This document shows positions 58,208 to 64,000 of a stretch of DNA of 64,000 bases, piece by piece. The position numbers were made by a program, and so were the translations under genes. The DNA is from Desulfobacterales bacterium. Lineage in GTDB: Bacteria; Desulfobacterota; Desulfobacteria; Desulfobacterales; UBA2174. Position 1 is the first letter of the stretch, and each line of letters starts with the position of its first letter. The stretch is from NCBI GenBank assembly GCA_963668645.2, contig CAXXWC010000010.1:160001-224000 (forward strand), in the 5' to 3' direction. The notes under the pieces are model-generated. The model was not told the origin of the DNA and did no database searches. It saw nothing but the letters and a program-made list of their open reading frames with translations.

Positions 58208-59263
58208 TCACTTGGCCCGCGCCAGCGTCAGCAGGGCGATCTCGGAGGGGACGCCCAGCCGGAGCGGCACCCCCCAGTAGCCTGCGCCGCTGCTGACGTA
58301 AAGTTGCGTGCCGCGGTGCCGGTACAAGCCGGACTGGTACGGCTGCACCAGGCTCATCAGCCAGGCGCACGGCAGGATCAGCCCCCCGTGGGTGTGGCCT
58401 GACAGTTGGAGGTCGAAGCCTGCCTCGGCCGCCTCGTCCACGCTTTCCGGGCGGTGGGCCAGCAGGATCTTCACGTCCGCCCCGGCCCCGTCGCCCAAAG
58501 CCGCGGCCGGCGAGGAGACGTCGGCGCTCAGATCGGCGACGCCGCCCACCAGGACCGACGCGCGGCCCCTGGCGACCAGGCGGTGGTCGTTGCGAAGGAC
58601 GGTAAAACCCAGGTCCGCCATTTCCCGCATCCACGCCTCGGCCCCGTGTATGTACTCGTGGTTGCCCGTGACGAAGAACTTCCCCGAGCGGGCGGTCAGC
58701 CCGGCCAGGGGGGCCGCGTCCTCCCGGATCCCGGCCGGGTCGTCATCGGCGATGTCGCCGGTGAAGGCGATCACGTCCGGGTTCAGGCTGTTGACTCTGA
58801 GCACCAGGTCCTGCACCCAGTTGCGGCGGATCGCCGGGGAAATATGCAGGTCGGTGATCTGCGCGATGCGAAACCCTTCCAACTCCGGCGGCAGTCCCTC
58901 AATGGCCACGGCCACCTCCCTGACGCAGGGCGGCTTCAGGGCCTCCCACAGCCCGTAAACCCCGAGGAAAACTGAGGCCACCACGATGCCTGCAGTCACG
59001 GCAACCCGCAGCAAGCCGCGCCGGGTGCCGCCGGCCTCCGGCGCCATTGCCGGCAGCCACCGCCTCCGGACGGCAGTGGCAGCCGTTTCCAAAGCCCCGA
59101 CCAGGGCCGTGGCGACGCCGGAGCAGGCAGAGACCATCAGCGCCCCCCAGCCGGCCCAACTGGTCCAGTCGCACCAGACGTAGCTGCCCACGGCGTAGGC
59201 CAGACTGCTGCAAAACAGGACCACGAATCCCAGGATAGTGGTCAGCAAGATGAACAGGATCAT
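58208..59263 (-). CDS. Membrane-anchored metallophosphoesterase (YkuE-like)
   Basis: N-terminal TMs; ITDLH, TGDIAD, GNHE, LLAHRP, LSGHTHGG. Confidence 0.9.
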   Translation of the reverse strand: MILFILLTTILGFVVLFCSSLAYAVGSYVWCDWTSWAGWGALMVSACSGVATALVGALETAATAVRRRWLPAMAPEAGGTRRGLLRVAVTAGIVVASVFLGVYGLWEALKPPCVREVAVAIEGLPPELEGFRIAQITDLHISPAIRRNWVQDLVLRVNSLNPDVIAFTGDIADDDPAGIREDAAPLAGLTARSGKFFVTGNHEYIHGAEAWMREMADLGFTVLRNDHRLVARGRASVLVGGVADLSADVSSPAAALGDGAGADVKILLAHRPESVDEAAEAGFDLQLSGHTHGGLILPCAWLMSLVQPYQSGLYRHRGTQLYVSSGAGYWGVPLRLGVPSEIALLTLARAK

Positions 59264-59439
59264 CGGTCAATCCGGGGCAGGGCCGTCCGGCGGCCTCGCC
59301 GGTTCGGGGTGGTGCGAGAGGCGCCACCCCCGTCATATGGCCTCAGCATGACATGAAAGAGCAGGGTTCATCAATACCAACCCCGCCGAGGCCCTGCCGC
59401 TGATCATCCGGCGACGGCAAAGGGACTATAACCGAAACA

Positions 59440-59889
59440 TTATTCTTTTAAAGACTCCAAGGCTTCGGCATCGGCCAGATCTTTAGTCCTGCCGGTCGCT
59501 CTCTTGTTGAGAATCAGATCGTCGATGGAAGGGATGCGGATGTCGATTCCCTCGATGCTTACCAAGATTGAATTCTGGTATGCCTGCTCAAAACGAAGCC
59601 CTGATGCTGCGGTGATGATGTCAATTCGTCGTGGAGCGACGCCAATCTGAAAAATGGTTCCATCCTTCAGAAGGTCTTCCTTGGTCAGATTGTGCAGCGG
59701 GGCACCGAAGCGGCTCAAAGCTCGTAGGACCGCATCGGCGTTCTCAGGAGAAGGCATGACCCAAATGTCAATATCCATTGTGGCACGAGGATACCCATGG
59801 GCAGCAAGCGCGTATGCCCCGACGAGGACGAACCTAACATTCTCGTCGCACAAGGCGCGTAACATGTCTTTGTAGTCTTCGTTCAGCAT
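59440..59889 (-). CDS. Minimal nucleotidyltransferase-fold protein (DUF6036/AbiEii-like), copy 1
   Basis: VLVGAYALAAHGYPRATMDIDIWV motif; LILNKRATGRTKDLAD. Confidence 0.8.
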   Translation of the reverse strand: MLNEDYKDMLRALCDENVRFVLVGAYALAAHGYPRATMDIDIWVMPSPENADAVLRALSRFGAPLHNLTKEDLLKDGTIFQIGVAPRRIDIITAASGLRFEQAYQNSILVSIEGIDIRIPSIDDLILNKRATGRTKDLADAEALESLKE

Positions 59890-60025
59890 CGTGCGTTACG
59901 CTCAAAGATGCAACTTCTCTGGTCAACGGCCAAACAAAAAGAATGCGCTCTTCCGGCGTGCCGGGAACGTAATCGTCATTCCGATGGTCCGTCATTCGCC
60001 CTATGACTGTTTGCAATCTGTTCAT
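59834..60025 (-). CDS. Small partner protein (about 63 aa) upstream of the nucleotidyltransferase, copy 1
   Basis: TPEERILFVWPLT..RLQRHVTRLVRR; overlaps the NTase start by 56 nt; start uncertain. Confidence 0.55.
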   Translation of the reverse strand: MNRLQTVIGRMTDHRNDDYVPGTPEERILFVWPLTREVASLSVTHDAERRLQRHVTRLVRREC

Positions 60026-60419
60026 GGGTGAAAAGATAACAGTTTCCACTTGATAAATCAATCTGTTAGTGACTCAACGCAGCGTTCGCAAAAAACTGCG
60101 GCGAACTCCCGTACCCAAATCCCTGGGACGGATTTTGAAAAAACGCGTGCCCTTATCGCATAGTTGGTGTTCTCTTCAAGCAGGTAACGGAAAAAATGAA
60201 CTGGTTTGGCATTGGTACCATATTGTAGCACCATGCCGCCCATGAAGCTAAAACGCAACCGATGACGGAGACAGGCTAAAGTTACGAAGTCAAATTAATC
60301 AGAAAATCCTTTTACGTCCCCCTTCACCCGGTAAGCCTCGCGATTCCGCACAGAAGAGGCACCTAATAAGTTTACTTAATCAACAACGTCCCCATTTTAA
60401 AGGGACTATAACCGAAACA

Positions 60420-60869
60420 TTATTCTTTTAAAGACTCCAAGGCTTCGGCATCGGCCAGATCTTTAGTCCTGCCGGTCGCTCTCTTGTTGAGAATCAGATC
60501 GTCGATGGAAGGGATGCGGATGTCGATTCCCTCGATGCTTACCAAGATTGAATTCTGGTATGCCTGCTCAAAACGAAGCCCTGATGCTGCGGTGATGATG
60601 TCAATTCGTCGTGGAGCGACGCCAATCTGAAAAATGGTTCCATCCTTCAGAAGGTCTTCCTTGGTCAGATTGTGCAGCGGGGCACCGAAGCGGCTCAAAG
60701 CTCGTAGGACCGCATCGGCGTTCTCAGGAGAAGGCATGACCCAAATGTCAATATCCATTGTGGCACGAGGATACCCATGGGCAGCAAGCGCGTATGCCCC
60801 GACGAGGACGAACCTAACATTCTCGTCGCACAAGGCGCGTAACATGTCTTTGTAGTCTTCGTTCAGCAT
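60420..60869 (-). CDS. Minimal nucleotidyltransferase-fold protein, copy 2
   Basis: Translation identical to 59440-59889. Confidence 0.8.
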   Translation of the reverse strand: MLNEDYKDMLRALCDENVRFVLVGAYALAAHGYPRATMDIDIWVMPSPENADAVLRALSRFGAPLHNLTKEDLLKDGTIFQIGVAPRRIDIITAASGLRFEQAYQNSILVSIEGIDIRIPSIDDLILNKRATGRTKDLADAEALESLKE

Positions 60870-61005
60870 CGTGCGTTACGCTCAAAGATGCAACTTCTCT
60901 GGTCAACGGCCAAACAAAAAGAATGCGCTCTTCCGGCGTGCCGGGAACGTAATCGTCATTCCGATGGTCCGTCATTCGCCCTATGACTGTTTGCAATCTG
61001 TTCAT
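60814..61005 (-). CDS. Small partner protein, copy 2
   Basis: Identical to 59834-60025. Confidence 0.55.
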   Translation of the reverse strand: MNRLQTVIGRMTDHRNDDYVPGTPEERILFVWPLTREVASLSVTHDAERRLQRHVTRLVRREC

Positions 61006-61254
61006 GGGTGAAAAGATAACAGTTTCCACTTGATAAATCAATCTGTTAGTGACTCAACGCAGCGTTCGCAAAAAACTGCGGCGAACTCCCGTACCCAAAT
61101 CCCTGGGACGGATTTTGAAAAAACGCGTGCCCTTATCGCATAGTTGGTGTTCTCTTCGTAAGCGTCCGGGCAACCGCATCTTCTCAAGCGCTTGGAAATT
61201 TGTCACAGGTTGACTCCGTAGGCCGTAGACTATTTCAGCCAAGGAGGCATCATC

Positions 61255-61599
61255 GTGACACGGAAGCAACGAGCAGAGGCTCTGGAGGTCAAGCGGCGGT
61301 TTTGGCGACAGCACGTTGAGCGATGGAAACGAAGCGGGCGGAACCAGAGCGAATATTGCCGGCAGCACTCACTCAAGCTGCACTGTTTTATCTACTGGAG
61401 AAAAAAGTACCGGGGTGCGGACGCGACTGCGATCTCCCTGGTCGAGGTTCAGTTGCCTCCGGTGGCGACCGGGGCCATCACCACCACGGACCACCGACCG
61501 CTGCGGCTTGTGGTTTCCTCCAGCCATTGTGTCGAGGTAGAGCGTGACTTTGATCCGGTGGCCCTGCGGCAGTTGTTGCACGTGCTGGAGCGGCTGTGA
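61255..61599 (+). CDS. tnpA: IS66 accessory protein TnpA
   Basis: FWRQHVERWKRSG..YCRQH..F.YWRKK; RBS AAGGAGG. Confidence 0.88.
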   Translation: MTRKQRAEALEVKRRFWRQHVERWKRSGRNQSEYCRQHSLKLHCFIYWRKKYRGADATAISLVEVQLPPVATGAITTTDHRPLRLVVSSSHCVEVERDFDPVALRQLLHVLERL

Positions 61600-61949
61600 T
61601 GTTTTTGCCATCGCATACCCGCATTTACCTGGCGACCGGCAGCACTGACATGCGCAAAGCCATCAATGGGCTTTCGATTCTGGTCGAAGATCGACTTGAG
61701 TTCGACCCATTTTCCGGCCACCTGTTCGCCTTTTGTAATCGGCGCCGGAACATGATCAAAATCCTGTACTGGGATCGAAACGGTTTTTGTCTCTGGCACA
61801 AGCGTTTGGAGAAGGAGTTTTTCATCTGGCCGGAGCGCCCCGACGAAGTCATGGAACTGGATCTTCGCCAGTTGAGTTGGCTGTTGGAAGGGCTTGAGAT
61901 TGGCCAGCGGCATGCGCATAAAGAGCTGCACTACGAAACGCTGGTATGA
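61596..61949 (+). CDS. tnpB: IS66 accessory protein TnpB
   Basis: TDMRKAINGL, FCNRRR, KILYWDRNGF, KRLE. Confidence 0.93.
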   Translation: MMFLPSHTRIYLATGSTDMRKAINGLSILVEDRLEFDPFSGHLFAFCNRRRNMIKILYWDRNGFCLWHKRLEKEFFIWPERPDEVMELDLRQLSWLLEGLEIGQRHAHKELHYETLV

Positions 61950-62016
61950 AAGATTTTTTTATTTTTAATCGAGAAAAAGATTGCCAAATTTGTGGCTTTA
62001 CGGTATTGAATTTACC

Positions 62017-63561
62017 ATGAATTTTGATGTCCAAAACCTTCCTGATGATCCTGCTCAGCTCAAACAAATCATCGTTTCATTGCTCAATGAATATCAGCGC
62101 CGGATTGAACATTTGGAAGAAGTGAACCGGTTGTTGAAGAACGAAATATTCGGTAGAAAGTCCGAGAAAAGATCTGTTGCCGACAGTCGTCAATTTTCTC
62201 TTTTCGAAGAATCTGAAGAAGAGCCACTGGATGCGATCGATGAACCCGAAGACCGGCAGCCAGTGGAAGGCCATACACGCCGCAAGCCGGTCCGCAAGCC
62301 ACTGCCGGCCGATCTGCCTCACGAAGACATTATTCACGATCTGGATGAATCCGAGAAAGTTTGTGTCTGCGGCCAGTCGCTTTGCAAGATTGGCGAAGAG
62401 GTCTGCGAGAAACTGCGTTATACGCCTGCAACGATGGTGGTCGAACGTCATATTCGCCCCAAATACGCTTGCAAAACCTGTGATGGGGTTGAAGATGATG
62501 GCCCGACCGTCAAGATCGCTCCGGTGCCGCCCCAACTGATCCCCAAGTCGTTTGCTACCGGATCGCTGGTAGCCCATATCGTCTGTTCCAAGTTCGAAGA
62601 CGCCCTGCCATTGTATCGGCAGGAAAAAATCTTTTTGCGCATTGGTATCGACCTGCCCCGTTCGACCATGTGCACTTGGCTGATCAAGGTGGCCGACTTG
62701 GCCCGGCCGCTAATGGACCTGATGGGTCAGGAAATCCGATCCGGCCCGGTGGTGAACGTTGATGAGACCACGGTTCAGGTGATGAAAGAACCGGGCAAGG
62801 CCGACACCAGCAAATCCTATATGTGGCTGTTTCGAGGAGGGCAGCCGGACCGGCCGGTATTGGTGTTCGAATATCATCCGAGCCGTTCGGGGCAAATCCC
62901 GCTTGACTATCTGAGTGGATACCAAGGCTATGTGCAATGCGATGCCTACAGCGGGTATGACGCATTGGGCAGGCAAGAAGGCGTGGTGTTGCTAGGCTGC
63001 TGGTCACATGCCCGGCGCAAGTTCGACGAAGTCATCAAGGCCCGTGGAGGAGCCAAACGCAAAGGCAGCGCTGAGCAGGCCCTGGAGTATATCGGCCGGC
63101 TGTACGCCGTGGAAAAGAAGGCACGTGAAGCCGGGCTGGATTCGGATGCCATCCGCGATCTGCGCCAGCGGGAAGCCAAACCGGTTCTCGACGAGTTCAA
63201 GGCCTGGATGGACGCGAAAACCTTGGCGACGCCTCCCAAAGGGCTGCTCGGCAAGGCTATTCTTTACACGCTCAACAATTGGCAGCGCCTGGTCGGCTAT
63301 CTTGAGGATGGCCGGTTGCGGCCGGACAATAACCTGGCGGAAAATGCGATCCGACCGTTTGTGCTAGGCAGAAAAAATTGGCTGTTCGCCGGCAACCCGG
63401 ACGGCGCTCGTGCCGCCGCCGTGTATTACAGTCTGATCGAAACCGCCAAGGCCAATGGCTGGAAGGTGTACGATTATCTGACCTACCTGTTCGAAAACCT
63501 GCCGCTGGCAAAAACCGAAGAAGATTACCGCAAGCTGCTCCCCTACAACCGCTCTCAATAG
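62017..63561 (+). CDS. tnpC: IS66 DDE transposase TnpC
   Basis: FGRKSE, zinc finger, LPLYRQ, VDET, CDAYSGY, CWSHARRKF, DNNLAENAIRP, GRKNWLF, YSLIETAK. Confidence 0.95.
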   Translation: MNFDVQNLPDDPAQLKQIIVSLLNEYQRRIEHLEEVNRLLKNEIFGRKSEKRSVADSRQFSLFEESEEEPLDAIDEPEDRQPVEGHTRRKPVRKPLPADLPHEDIIHDLDESEKVCVCGQSLCKIGEEVCEKLRYTPATMVVERHIRPKYACKTCDGVEDDGPTVKIAPVPPQLIPKSFATGSLVAHIVCSKFEDALPLYRQEKIFLRIGIDLPRSTMCTWLIKVADLARPLMDLMGQEIRSGPVVNVDETTVQVMKEPGKADTSKSYMWLFRGGQPDRPVLVFEYHPSRSGQIPLDYLSGYQGYVQCDAYSGYDALGRQEGVVLLGCWSHARRKFDEVIKARGGAKRKGSAEQALEYIGRLYAVEKKAREAGLDSDAIRDLRQREAKPVLDEFKAWMDAKTLATPPKGLLGKAILYTLNNWQRLVGYLEDGRLRPDNNLAENAIRPFVLGRKNWLFAGNPDGARAAAVYYSLIETAKANGWKVYDYLTYLFENLPLAKTEEDYRKLLPYNRSQ

Positions 63562-63855
63562 ACTTCAGACGGAACGCGAAACCAGGCTTATCGGGCGGTT
63601 GGGGTGCGGTTTGCCGAACGCTTACTTCTCTTCAAGCAGGTAACGGAAAAAATGAACTGGTTTGGCATTGGTACCATATTGTAGCACCATGCCGCCCATG
63701 AAGCTAAAACGCAACCGATGACGGAGACAGGCTAAAGTTACGAAGTCAAATTAATCAGAAAATCCTTTTACGTCCCCCTTCACCCGGTAAGCCTCGCGAT
63801 TCCGCACAGAAGAGGCACCTAATAAGTTTACTTAATCAACAACGTCCCCATTTTA

Positions 63856-63990
63856 CTCGGACTTTATCAATGCGTCCCCGAAGTTAAACAAGCATCCAGT
63901 TAGCCACAGCTACGTCTGAACCTGTTCCTGTGCGCTGCGGACACTGACCCTCTCGACCGATTTCAATTCCAGGATGATCTTGCCGCTCAT
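63856..63990 (-). pseudogene. GxxExxY (PD-(D/E)XK) protein remnant
   Basis: Hand translation GKIILELKSVERVS..QVQT*LWLTGC-LFNFGDALIKS resembles the family C-terminus; in-frame stop and deletion. Confidence 0.6.
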
Positions 63991-64000
63991 GCGAGATTTT

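Larger units (their letters stand above)
59419..60398. repeat. 980-bp tandem duplication, copy 1 (IS-free)
   Basis: AAAGGGACTATAACC...CGTCCCCATTTT repeated from 60399; no differences seen by eye. Confidence 0.93.
61158..63625 (+). mobile_element. IS66-family insertion sequence, 2468 bp
   Basis: IRs GTAAGCGTCCGGGCAACCGCA / rc GTAAGCGTTCGGCAAACCGCA; 8-bp target duplication TTCTCTTC (61150-61157, 63626-63633); tnpA-tnpB-tnpC. Confidence 0.96.
60399..63854. repeat. 980-bp tandem duplication, copy 2 (60399-61157 plus 63634-63854, split by IS66)
   Basis: Matches copy 1 on both sides of the IS66. Confidence 0.92.

Overview
GC-rich bacterial chromosome segment. The gene content (rnfCDGEAB, fhs, DUF3786, split glutamate synthase, two PrkA genes) suggests an anaerobic Desulfobacterota-like organism; this is inference. 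Core regions: split glutamate synthase genes, a MarR-headed cluster of two RND efflux systems, ftsH, a PLP dehydratase, an HTH-WYL regulator, a class IV aminotransferase, an S1 paralogue, a prkA-yeaH-spoVR-prkA operon, trxB, enoyl-CoA hydratase, the Rnf operon, usp, fcl, an RNB exoribonuclease, a heterodimeric ABC exporter, fhs, a B12 radical SAM enzyme, DUF3786, a MocR regulator and a metallophosphoesterase. There are two lower-GC accessory patches. The first (about 32.7-37.7 kb) has gene remnants, a GmrSD-Schlafen(AlbA_2) fusion gene split by an IS3 element, and a four-helix-bundle gene with an internal 9-nt-period hairpin. The second (about 58-64 kb) has a 980-bp tandem duplication of a nucleotidyltransferase/small-partner pair, one copy carrying an IS66. 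The best candidate for an undescribed system is at 19.2-20.7 kb: two small ORFs absent from the ORF track (56 aa and a 28-aa hydrophobic peptide, both with strong RBS) lie divergent from the WYL regulator, behind a TTTGAC-N7-GTCAAA palindrome whose spacing to the -10 element matches PafBC/DriD-type promoters. No tRNA, rRNA or CRISPR array was seen. All family calls come from motif recognition by eye, not database searches.
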